Positions 48,258-56,570 of a DNA stretch of 64,000 nucleotides are shown here, piece by piece. The translations under genes and the position numbers were made by a program. The first letter of the stretch is position 1; each line of letters opens with the position of its first letter. Origin of the DNA: an uncultured Gammaproteobacteria bacterium (GTDB taxonomy: Bacteria > Patescibacteriota > Patescibacteriia > Magasanikbacterales > GWA2-37-8); assembly GCA_964496095.1 (NCBI GenBank), contig CAZBWU010000002.1:15595-79594 (forward strand), read 5' to 3'. Below the pieces are notes generated by a model that saw only the letters and a program-made list of their open reading frames with translations, was not told where the DNA came from and made no database searches.

Positions 48258-48938
48258 TTAAATAATTTCAAGTAACTTTTTAATCAAACCAAAATTATAT
48301 TTATAATCCATTCTCTTTGGACCCAAAAGAGTAATCATGCCTTCTTTGCCAAACCGAGCCGAGACCACACTTAGCATCTCATCAAACGGATTTTCGCTAC
48401 CGATAAAATATCTTGGCGAATCTTCTACTTTATCAAAAAAATCTTCCAGATAATCCTCGCAATGGTCAAACATTTGCGAAATAGCAGAGACTGTTTTTAA
48501 ATTTTCAAACTCTGTTTTATTAAATAAATTGGATAAGCCAGTATAATAAACTCTCTCCGGAGAAAAAGCAATAATTACAGTTTCGTTAGAAAGTTCGGTA
48601 GCGGCCTTGGCAATATTCTTGCGTGAAAGTTCGTAATCCTGGTCTTCCTCAAAAGAATCGAGCAAAATCTTAGAATCATTTTTTGAAATATGACTTTTTT
48701 CCAAATTAATACGGCTCACGTAATGACGATAACCTTGCTCAGTTGGAATTCTACCAGCGGAAGTGTGGGGATGAGTGAGATACCCACCTTCTTCTAGAGC
48801 ACGCAACTCATTGCGTACTGTAGCCTCACTAAAATCTAAATCACCAAAAGAAACCAAAAATTTTGAACCGATTGGTTCGGCATTTTTGATATAACTTTCA
48901 ATGACTAAGGTTAGTAATTCTTCTTGGCGAGGATCCAT
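48258..48938 (-). CDS. hrcA: Heat-inducible transcription repressor HrcA
   Basis: Winged-helix N-terminus (MDPRQEELLTLVIESYIKNAEPIGSKFL) and an HrcA C-domain. The track ORF extends to a GTG at 49049, but that stretch overlaps the promoter, CIRCE and the conserved leader, so an ATG near 48938 is preferred. Exact base coordinates here are uncertain by about 1 nt. Confidence 0.8.
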   Translation of the reverse strand: MDPRQEELLTLVIESYIKNAEPIGSKFLVSFGDLDFSEATVRNELRALEEGGYLTHPHTSAGRIPTEQGYRHYVSRINLEKSHISKNDSKILLDSFEEDQDYELSRKNIAKAATELSNETVIIAFSPERVYYTGLSNLFNKTEFENLKTVSAISQMFDHCEDYLEDFFDKVEDSPRYFIGSENPFDEMLSVVSARFGKEGMITLLGPKRMDYKYNFGLIKKLLEII

Positions 48939-49027
48939 ATTCGAAATGAGTGAAAAAATATTGAGCTTGCTCAAATATTTTTGAACGAATGAGAATATAT
49001 GGGCTTTAGCCCATATAACGAAATGGG
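48939..49027 (-). promoter_or_regulatory. Conserved leader/upstream element, copy 2, in the hrcA 5' UTR
   Basis: On the minus strand it reads ...TTATATGGGCT-AA-AGCCCATATATTCTCATTCGTTC ... TTGAGC-aa-GCTCAA ... CACTCATTTCG-AAT-ATG. Confidence 0.5.
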
Positions 49028-49042
49028 GTGAATAATAACAAA

Positions 49043-49069
49043 TTATCACTCAACGCTTGTGAGTGATAA
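49043..49069. promoter_or_regulatory. CIRCE operator (HrcA binding site) TTATCACTC-N9-GAGTGATAA
   Basis: Matches the CIRCE consensus TTAGCACTC-N9-GAGTGCTAA at 8/9 positions in each half, symmetrically. Overlaps the -10/TSS of the promoter upstream of hrcA. Confidence 0.7.
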
Positions 49070-49096
49070 TATAACACCGGTTTAAAGAAGTGTCAA
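49068..49096 (-). promoter_or_regulatory. Sigma70-type promoter TTGACA-17-TATATT driving the hrcA operon
   Basis: On the minus strand, TTGACA (plus-strand 49091-49096), a 17-nt spacer and TATATT (plus-strand 49068-49073). Confidence 0.55.
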
Positions 49097-49112
49097 GAGC
49101 TATTTTTAGCTA

Positions 49113-49700
49113 TTAAATCTTAGCTATTTCACTCAGGAGTACGTTTTCTACATAGATACCTCGAGCGTAGAAAATTCGTTCTAATTCATTTTTTAATTCC
49201 ATCTCAACCGCATCTCTTTTCATACCCACCGCTTCCGCATAATCAAACTTACTAAAAACCATACGCATACGACTGCGGATAGTCGGTCGCACAATCTTTG
49301 CCACAAAATCTTCACCGATTGTTTGCCAAATAGATGGTACTTGATGCACATCGAGACGCAACAAAATAGTACCCTCTACACCCACACGCTGACCGTCTTT
49401 GGTACCAGCAGCCACCGGAATATCGCCAAGAGCTTTTTCGTGTTCAGGGTTGAACTGTCTGGAAATACTATATTCAAGAGTTTGAGTATTAAATAATTTG
49501 GCTTTCTGCCAAAAAGGAATTTTGAGATGCAAACCCGGAGTCAAAACTTTCTTGAGCACACCACGGCCTAAATCATAGACACAAGCCACATAGCCCGGTG
49601 GAACGCTAATAAAAAGTCCTTTGAGGACATCGTCCATGACAAACGAATACATTAATTTATCCATTGAATCTCCGGACATATTTAAATATTTAGATGCCAT
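49113..49700 (-). CDS. SPFH/Band 7 domain protein
   Basis: 195 aa containing PGYVACVYDLGRGVLKKVLTPGLHLKIPFWQKAKLFNTQTLEY, typical of the stomatin/HflC-like SPFH core. Confidence 0.6.
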   Translation of the reverse strand: MASKYLNMSGDSMDKLMYSFVMDDVLKGLFISVPPGYVACVYDLGRGVLKKVLTPGLHLKIPFWQKAKLFNTQTLEYSISRQFNPEHEKALGDIPVAAGTKDGQRVGVEGTILLRLDVHQVPSIWQTIGEDFVAKIVRPTIRSRMRMVFSKFDYAEAVGMKRDAVEMELKNELERIFYARGIYVENVLLSEIAKI

Positions 49701-49740
49701 CCTAAATTTGTTTTAGAATGACGATAGTTTTGTTATTAAA

Positions 49741-50460
49741 TTAGTGATGCGAAGCGACTTTTGCGTCTGCTTTTTTCGCAGGAAAAATAACTTTTCTGAT
49801 AACATTAATTGTATCAGAAAATACCATGGTTGTCAAAATAAAAAGTGATTTTACCATTGGTAAATACCAGAGAATAATGAAAGTAAATAGGGGGAAAAAA
49901 ACTAAATAGGTTAATTTTGACGAGTCTCTTTTCTTTTCAGATCCTTCACCTAAATAAATGGAGACAAACAAATAAATCGCAACTATTCCTGCCCAAAAAA
50001 TATCATGACTCAAACCAATATTAAATCCATAAAAATCTGTATTTATCTTGCCTGGGAAATCTATAAAATAATAAAGAGTCTTAATAATTTTATCACCGCT
50101 AATACCATGGATAAAAACCTGATATAAAAGCAAGAAAACCAAGACCTGAAATCCTAACAAGAACACCTTTGCCCAAGGAGACACATGGTTTTTTTTCATT
50201 ACCCTGCGAATTGCCTCCTTTTGAGCCACCTGATCATTTTTGAAGGCCTTGGCAGCCAAAATAGCCTGGGCTTCAACCTCCTGCTCTTTGGCGCTATTTC
50301 TTTGAGAGATAATGGTAAGTGGTAAAAGTAAAATGCGTAAAAAAACAGTGAGCCAAATCACAGCCCAACCCATATTTTTTTCAGCGATATTTACATATAT
50401 CCAAAGAAGAGCGTTGAATAACGGTTGATATAAATATACTGTCCAAATCGTACTAAACAT
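49741..50460 (-). CDS. yidC: Membrane protein insertase YidC (short form)
   Basis: 239 aa, polytopic, with the conserved first TM region (GWAVIWLTVFLRILLLPL). Confidence 0.75.
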   Translation of the reverse strand: MFSTIWTVYLYQPLFNALLWIYVNIAEKNMGWAVIWLTVFLRILLLPLTIISQRNSAKEQEVEAQAILAAKAFKNDQVAQKEAIRRVMKKNHVSPWAKVFLLGFQVLVFLLLYQVFIHGISGDKIIKTLYYFIDFPGKINTDFYGFNIGLSHDIFWAGIVAIYLFVSIYLGEGSEKKRDSSKLTYLVFFPLFTFIILWYLPMVKSLFILTTMVFSDTINVIRKVIFPAKKADAKVASHH

Positions 50461-50537
50461 ATATAGTAGATATTACCACAAAAACAAACTCAAAACAATA
50501 ATTATTTGGTACTTAGAATTTGGCGCCAAGAATTTAT

Positions 50538-51773
50538 CTATGCCATTCCCCTATCTCTCATCGCCTGCGCAATTCTCTCTACTGCGAGCGCGTAGGCGCC
50601 AGTACGCATATCACTACTATACTTTTCTTTTCTTGACCAAACTTCACCGAACGATTCAACCATAATTTTTTCCAATTTTTCCAAAATATCTTTTTCTTCC
50701 CAATAATAACCGTAGGCATTTTGCACTTGTTCAAAATAACTAACTGCTACTCCACCAGCATTGGCCAAAATATCAGGCACAACGATAGCGCCAATACGTG
50801 ACAAAATCTCATCCCCTTCGGCGGTAATAGGACCATTGGCAAGTTCAATAACTAATTGCGCTTTTATTTTATCCGCGTTTTCCAGGGTGACACTATTTTC
50901 CAGAGCAGCTAAAATCAAAATATCAACTTCTTGCGATAAGATATCGTCTTCAATATTTTTCGCTTCTGCAAAATTTACAACTGACCCAGTTTTTTCTTTA
51001 TGTTGAAATAATTTTTCTATATCAAGCCCATCGGCATTATAAATTCCACCATGAGAATCACTGACTGCCACCACATTATAACCATTTTCAGCTACAATTT
51101 TGGCCATCGTGGCGCCGGCATTGCCAAAACCTTGTACGGCCACACGTAAATCTTTTAATTTTATTTTTTTAACTGCTTGTTGTAAAACATAAAAACCACC
51201 TTGAGCCGTAGAGTATCCTCGCGCTTTGGAACCACCAATACTAAGAGGTTTACCAGTTATAACTCCTGGCGCGCCACCACCAGTTAATTTTTCATATTCA
51301 TCCAGCATCCAACCCATAATTTTTGGATCAGTATATACATCTGGCGCTGGCACATCCACTGTCGGCCCAATTAACTTATAGATGCCTTGAATATAACCAC
51401 GAGATAATTTTTCTAATTCATGAGCAGATAATTCTTTTGGATTAACAATAACACCACCCTTACCACCACCTAACGGAATACCGACTACGGCAGTTTTGAG
51501 CGCCATCCACATACTCAGCGCTTTTACTTCTGACTCATTTACCTGGGGATGAAAGCGAATACCGCCCTTGTACGGACCACGAGAATTATTAAACTGAGAA
51601 CGAAAACCTTTAAAAACTTTGAGTGAACCATTGTCCATTTTTACAGGAATAGAAACTTCCAAAAACTTTTGCGGAGATTTTAGCTGTTCAAAAATATTAT
51701 CCTCCAAATTAATTAACTTTTTGACTTTTTCTAACTGTTTTTGAGCGCCGATAAAGGGGTCATTGTTTTGCAT
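50538..51773 (-). CDS. gdhA: Glu/Leu/Phe/Val dehydrogenase (glutamate dehydrogenase)
   Basis: Catalytic Lys motif (GPYKGGIRFHP), NAD(P)-binding GFGNAG and a 411-aa length. Confidence 0.9.
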   Translation of the reverse strand: MQNNDPFIGAQKQLEKVKKLINLEDNIFEQLKSPQKFLEVSIPVKMDNGSLKVFKGFRSQFNNSRGPYKGGIRFHPQVNESEVKALSMWMALKTAVVGIPLGGGKGGVIVNPKELSAHELEKLSRGYIQGIYKLIGPTVDVPAPDVYTDPKIMGWMLDEYEKLTGGGAPGVITGKPLSIGGSKARGYSTAQGGFYVLQQAVKKIKLKDLRVAVQGFGNAGATMAKIVAENGYNVVAVSDSHGGIYNADGLDIEKLFQHKEKTGSVVNFAEAKNIEDDILSQEVDILILAALENSVTLENADKIKAQLVIELANGPITAEGDEILSRIGAIVVPDILANAGGVAVSYFEQVQNAYGYYWEEKDILEKLEKIMVESFGEVWSRKEKYSSDMRTGAYALAVERIAQAMRDRGMA

Positions 51774-51857
51774 AATAGTAATACTATTTACTTAATTTAT
51801 TTATTATAAAAAACACTTATTTAATACTACCACCAATTCCAAAATTGTCCACCTTAC

Positions 51858-53105
51858 TTACTTTTTCCCCAAATACTTCCTATCTTTTAATTGTGGCGGG
51901 AGATATTCTTGTTCTTCTTTATAATCAAATTCCGGTGAATATTTATAATCTTTGCCATAACCAATTTCCTTCATAAACTTGGTCGGGGCATTACGCAAAT
52001 GCAAAGGTACACCCAAATGAGAGGTAGCTTTGGCATCTCGAGCGGCTTCATTATAGGCCCTATAGAGCAAATTAGACTTAGTTGACTTGGCGCAATAAAC
52101 CACCGCTTGCGCCAAATGCACCGAGCATTCCGGCATACCTATATTATGACAGGCGTTAAAAGCGGCGCTAGCCTGTATCAAAGCTTCGCTATTGGCCATA
52201 CCAATATCTTCACTAGCAAATCGCAACACTCGACGAGCAACATAAAGAGGATCAGCGCCACCCTCAAGCATTCGTGCCAACCAATACAAAGATGCGTCCG
52301 CGTCCGATCCGCGCATAGATTTATGCAAAGCGGAAATTAAGTTATAAAATTCTTCGCCGTTTTTATCAAACACCAAATGTGTGCGCTGGAGGGCTTCTTT
52401 AATATCATCTGACGAAATAATTATTTCTTTACTGCTACCTGATTTTGATTTAAAAGCCAACTCCAAACCATTGAGTGCGGTTCTCGCATCTCCCCCGGCC
52501 AACTCTGCGAGTAGTTCAATTGCTTTTTTATCTATTTTAATATTAAATTTTCCCAATCCCTTGTTTTTGTCTTTGAGAGCATTTTTTATAATTGTCGCAA
52601 TATCGCTTGACTCTAAATACTTGAGAATAAAAACGCGCGACCGAGAAAGCAAGGCGCCAATTACTTCAAACGAAGGATTTTCAGTGGTAGCGCCAATAAG
52701 CACCACTGCGCCTTTTTCTACTACCGGCAACAAGGCATCCTGCTGGACTTTGCTCCAACGGTGGATTTCATCTATAAATAAAATTGTGCGTTGCTGTTTG
52801 CTTTCCAAAATTTCTTTTGCTTCTTTTATTATTCGCATCAATTCTTCTTTACCGCTAGAGACAGCTGACAGTAAAACAAAGTTTGATTTTGTTTGCGTAG
52901 CGACAATCTGAGCAAGGGTTGTTTTGCCCACTCCAGGCGGACCCCAAAAAATCAGCGAAGTAAGCTGATCATTTTCTATTAACTTACGAAGTAGTTTCCC
53001 CTGCCCAACAATTTCTACCTGACCGACAAATTCATCAAAGATTTGTGGTCGCATTCTTTCAGCTAAGGGCGCCACCGACTTGTCTATTTCTTTAAACATA
53101 ATCAC
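51858..53105 (-). CDS. rarA: Replication-associated recombination protein A (RarA/MgsA AAA+ ATPase)
   Basis: Walker A GPPGVGKTT, Walker B FIDEIHR, the MgsA C-terminal helical domain and a 415-aa length. Confidence 0.9.
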   Translation of the reverse strand: MIMFKEIDKSVAPLAERMRPQIFDEFVGQVEIVGQGKLLRKLIENDQLTSLIFWGPPGVGKTTLAQIVATQTKSNFVLLSAVSSGKEELMRIIKEAKEILESKQQRTILFIDEIHRWSKVQQDALLPVVEKGAVVLIGATTENPSFEVIGALLSRSRVFILKYLESSDIATIIKNALKDKNKGLGKFNIKIDKKAIELLAELAGGDARTALNGLELAFKSKSGSSKEIIISSDDIKEALQRTHLVFDKNGEEFYNLISALHKSMRGSDADASLYWLARMLEGGADPLYVARRVLRFASEDIGMANSEALIQASAAFNACHNIGMPECSVHLAQAVVYCAKSTKSNLLYRAYNEAARDAKATSHLGVPLHLRNAPTKFMKEIGYGKDYKYSPEFDYKEEQEYLPPQLKDRKYLGKK

Positions 53106-54231
53106 GTATTTTATTCACTAACCAGTCTTTCAATCGACGATGCCAGCCAATTTTATTATTTAGACCCAACTCTGACAGAGGCACTGCTTCTTTTTTTAAT
53201 TCATCAAAAATTTTATTAAGGTCTTCTACCATTTTTTTATCTGAAAAAACTACGCCCGCTTCATGATTAATATAAAAACTACGCGGAGTGAGATTGGCGC
53301 TACCAACCATACCAAGCTTGCCATCCACTGTCACCGCCTTACCATGATTCATTTTTCTCAAAAAATAAAAAACCGCTCCCGCTTTAGCGGAAATACTAAA
53401 AAACATAGAAGCCATATAACGCATCAGGCGCTCATCTGTTCGCCATGGCGTGATAATATTTATTTTTACTCCTCGGGCATGTGCCTTGGCTATCAAATCC
53501 AAAAAACTCTTATCAGGCACATAGTAGGGTGTCAATAAATTAAAGCTTTCTTTAGCAGTACTAAGCGCATCTTTATAAAATTTCTTAAATGGCGACTTGC
53601 GAGTTGACCCTAAAGGTGAATGCAAAATTAGTTTTATTTTCTCCTTAAAGCTACTAATTTTAGCAACCAACTTTGGCCTTAGTAAATCTTGCACATCTCT
53701 TTTATCGCCTCCAGCTCGCACATAAGCTCTGCCAAAGGCAAACAAAATAGGCACCACTGTTTTGCCAGTCAAACGTAAATGTAAATCATGCCAACTGGCT
53801 GAGTCTTGGGCCACATTGACACCACCGATAAACAGTATATCTTTATCAATAATTAAAACTTTGCGATGAGTACGATGCCAAACTCGACGCCACCAACCAT
53901 ATATAGAAAAACCCGGACGAAGATGATTAAAAATCAAAAGCTTAATTCCCGCATTTCGCATTTGAGCAATAGCTTCTTTGGATAAATCATAACTACCAAA
54001 GCCATCCACAATAATTTTAACATCTAATCCTGTCTGCGCTTTGGCGCACAACAAATCTATAAAAGGCTTACCGGCCTCGTCATCTACAAACATAAAAATC
54101 TCCCAATAGATTGAGCTTTTGGCCTCCAAAATAGCCTGTCGCATTCCTGCCCAAGCCAAAACAGTGCTATTGTAAAATTTATAGCTAAAAGACATATACT
54201 TAAATATACTCTGCCCAAGAAGAAATATCAA
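53092..54231 (-). CDS. Phospholipase D family protein (cardiolipin synthase-like, two HKD motifs)
   Basis: HRKVLIIDKDILFIGGVN and HGKAVTVDGKLGMVGSANLTPRS; 379 aa. Confidence 0.75.
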   Translation of the reverse strand: MIFLLGQSIFKYMSFSYKFYNSTVLAWAGMRQAILEAKSSIYWEIFMFVDDEAGKPFIDLLCAKAQTGLDVKIIVDGFGSYDLSKEAIAQMRNAGIKLLIFNHLRPGFSIYGWWRRVWHRTHRKVLIIDKDILFIGGVNVAQDSASWHDLHLRLTGKTVVPILFAFGRAYVRAGGDKRDVQDLLRPKLVAKISSFKEKIKLILHSPLGSTRKSPFKKFYKDALSTAKESFNLLTPYYVPDKSFLDLIAKAHARGVKINIITPWRTDERLMRYMASMFFSISAKAGAVFYFLRKMNHGKAVTVDGKLGMVGSANLTPRSFYINHEAGVVFSDKKMVEDLNKIFDELKKEAVPLSELGLNNKIGWHRRLKDWLVNKIRDYV

Positions 54232-55271
54232 CCCAAATTATGCAGAAAATCCATCACTATTTTTTCCACATCATCGGCGGTTTTTGCGCCTTCCATCAGC
54301 CTAACCCGAAGTTCTTTAGCTCCGTCAAATCCATTGACATAAGCCTTATAATGTTTTTTCATGATATCAAAATTTTTATAGTCTCCCAGGACTTTTTCAA
54401 ACAAATGTGTATGCTCTACCATCACCATAAGTTTCTCCTCAACACTCGGCGTTGTCATCCTGAACGGAGTGAAGGATCCCTTAAACTCAGACGATAGGGA
54501 TTCTTCATTTCTCTCAGAATGACAACCGGAAAAAAGCCAGGGATTACCGAAAATCCCTCGACCAATCATCACGCCGTCTGCGCCGGTTTGTTTTACTCTT
54601 TCTTCAGCCTCGGATAAATTTTTGACATCACCATTCCCTAAAATCAAAGTCCTACTTTCTGAACTATCATATTTATTTCTAATCTCAACAGCATCTTTGA
54701 CAGTTTCCCAATTGGCAGGAACTTTGGACATCTCTTTGCGCGTACGAGCGTGCACAGTAATTGCAGCTGGTTCAGTTTCCAACAAGTACGGCAACCACTC
54801 AGACAAAGTATTTTTGTTATAACCGATTCTAGTTTTGACTGACACTGGCAAATTACCCGCTCCACGTTTAGTTTCTTTGATAATCTCTTGAGCTAACAAT
54901 GGGTGCTTTATCAGGCACGCTCCCCCGCCCTGTTTTTCTACATTTCTGTCAGGACAGCCCATATTAATATCAATTCCATCAAAACCAAGTTCTTGAATGA
55001 GCAATGCTGTTTTATAAAAATTCTCAGGATTGGAACCAAAAATCTGCGCCACAATTGGACGCTCTGCTTCGCTATACATAAAATCTATCAGAAGTTTGTC
55101 TCGGCCAGCTGAGACCAACCCATCACAAGCTACAAATTCGGTCCACATGACGTCTGGTTTACCGTATTTGGCAATTACACGTCGAAAAGCAGCGTCCGTG
55201 ACATTAGCCATCGGCGCCAAAACAAAAATTGGCTTTTTTAGTTTTTGCCAAAAGCCTGTGTGCATATGCAT
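54228..55271 (-). CDS. dus: tRNA-dihydrouridine synthase (Dus family) carrying an in-frame 24-aa insertion derived from a palindromic repeat
   Basis: TIM-barrel Dus motifs (LAPMANVTD, catalytic Cys region NMGCP, GADGVMIGRGIFGNPWLF). The segment SGCHSERNEESLSSEFKGSFTPFRMTTP is encoded by repeat E8 (54453-54524). Confidence 0.85.
   Translation of the reverse strand: MHMHTGFWQKLKKPIFVLAPMANVTDAAFRRVIAKYGKPDVMWTEFVACDGLVSAGRDKLLIDFMYSEAERPIVAQIFGSNPENFYKTALLIQELGFDGIDINMGCPDRNVEKQGGGACLIKHPLLAQEIIKETKRGAGNLPVSVKTRIGYNKNTLSEWLPYLLETEPAAITVHARTRKEMSKVPANWETVKDAVEIRNKYDSSESRTLILGNGDVKNLSEAEERVKQTGADGVMIGRGIFGNPWLFSGCHSERNEESLSSEFKGSFTPFRMTTPSVEEKLMVMVEHTHLFEKVLGDYKNFDIMKKHYKAYVNGFDGAKELRVRLMEGAKTADDVEKIVMDFLHNLG
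54453..54524. repeat. MITE/REP-like palindromic element copy E8, lying within the dus coding sequence (72 bp, in-frame)
   Basis: tgtcatcctgaacggagtgaaggatccc ... gggattcttcatttctctcagaatgaca. Confidence 0.8.
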
Positions 55272-55273
55272 AA

Positions 55274-56293
55274 TTAACCCCCAGCTAAATCCTGGATTTC
55301 CTTCATCATTATATTAAAATAAAAATCAGTTGGGTCGATCTTGAGTGCTGTTTCACATGCACTAATAGCCTCTGTATAACGTCCTAAATTTTTGTATGCT
55401 TTTGCAAGACCATCATGAATTGCAGTGTTTCTTGGAGCTTTTTCTAGTGCTATTTGAAGAATCTCTATAGCTTCTTTATATTTACCTCTATTAACAAGGC
55501 CGCATCCAGTACTAATCATAGTCTCTAGCTCTAATTCAAACTCAGGAGGAAATACAGTCATTGTCGAATCCTGCCAATACTCTTTATTAATAAAAAAAGT
55601 CATGCCTTCATTGTTGGGATTGCTTGCAAAAGCAACTATATCTGCGGGGGTAATATCTTCACCATTTTCTTTTTTTCCACTAATCTTTTCTGCATCTAAC
55701 TCCTCATTTTCTAAATGGTCTCTTTCTTTTCCATCTTGCATGTCTTGCCATAACACCCTGCCATCACTGGTGATAACGATTAAAAGAAGGTGATGCCCAA
55801 TGGCACCAGCTAAGTACTGTACACCTACTTCATGAAGCAACTTGCCACCAAGAACCGAAGCACCGACGCAATTCATTTCTTTCTTATCTAAGATGTTGGC
55901 CACATGACAGGTGCTGCTTTCGTAATCATAATCACTTATCCTTTGTTGAAAAAGATGCGCAATCTCTTCTTCTTTTTTACCTAAAGCAACCAAATCGCCT
56001 GCTTCTCTTAACGATTCGAGTTTTGATTTTAATTCCGACAGATTTAACGTATCAATTAGTTTCATTTTACTGTCTCTATGATCTGACAGTTGATCAAGAA
56101 GATTATTTACACCTGCACAAAATACAGTGTTATAAATAACCAACTTTTCTCTAGGCGAAGAATTTGGATCAATATGTTGATCTTGACTTGCGCAACCATT
56201 TATCCTGCACCAATCAAGCAAGCTAGAATTTACTATCGATTCATGAGATTCACCTCGTCCATAATCCAATATTCCGTTAGAGCCAGATTCCAT
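55274..56293 (-). CDS. Hypothetical protein with C-terminal TPR repeats
   Basis: 339 aa. The C-terminal third carries TPR-like repeats (AIEILQIALEKAPRNTAIHDGLAKAYKNLGRYTEAISACETALKIDPTDFYF). Confidence 0.5.
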   Translation of the reverse strand: MESGSNGILDYGRGESHESIVNSSLLDWCRINGCASQDQHIDPNSSPREKLVIYNTVFCAGVNNLLDQLSDHRDSKMKLIDTLNLSELKSKLESLREAGDLVALGKKEEEIAHLFQQRISDYDYESSTCHVANILDKKEMNCVGASVLGGKLLHEVGVQYLAGAIGHHLLLIVITSDGRVLWQDMQDGKERDHLENEELDAEKISGKKENGEDITPADIVAFASNPNNEGMTFFINKEYWQDSTMTVFPPEFELELETMISTGCGLVNRGKYKEAIEILQIALEKAPRNTAIHDGLAKAYKNLGRYTEAISACETALKIDPTDFYFNIMMKEIQDLAGG

Positions 56294-56351
56294 AATTTAT
56301 GGATCAAAATTATAAAATATATAAACTTATAATTCCTTGCGAAATTATTAG

Positions 56352-56423
56352 TAGCCCCAACGGGAATCGCACCCGTCTTTCGACCTTGAGAAGGTCACGT
56401 CCTAACTGATAGACGATGGGGCC
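56352..56423 (-). tRNA. tRNA-Glu (anticodon CUC)
   Basis: Manual cloverleaf: acceptor GGCCCCA/TGGGGCT (G1-U71 wobble), U8, D-stem GTCT/GGAC, anticodon stem TGACC/GGTCG, loop TTCTCAA (anticodon CTC, A37), T-stem ACGGG/CCCGT, discriminator A. The 5' sequence GGCCCCATCGTCTA is typical of tRNA-Glu. Confidence 0.75.
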
Positions 56424-56499
56424 GTATTTAATAACAATAAAATATCAAATTTTAAATCAAAAATCAAATCTTAAAAAAATAATTGCAATACAAATTCAC

Positions 56500-56553
56500 A
56501 GTGTAAGGGATTCCTCCACTCAGTCGCAAAAGCTCCTTCGGTCGGAATGACAA
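56500..56553. repeat. Partial (right-half) MITE/REP-like element E9, between the typA stop and tRNA-Glu
   Basis: ggattcctccactcagtcgcaaaagctccttcggtcggaatgaca. Confidence 0.5.
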
Positions 56554-56570
56554 CCCCTACTTTCTACTCC

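Noticed and set aside
48939-49049. GTG start at 49049 for hrcA given in the ORF track
   Set aside because: This stretch contains the -10 element, the CIRCE operator and the conserved leader. The HrcA winged-helix N-terminus begins at MDPRQEELLT about 37 codons downstream. The printed sequence and the track also disagree by about 1 nt here, so exact base positions are uncertain.
54240-54497. Plus-strand 85-aa ORF antisense to dus
   Set aside because: Antisense to a well-supported Dus gene, and it ends within the repeat element.
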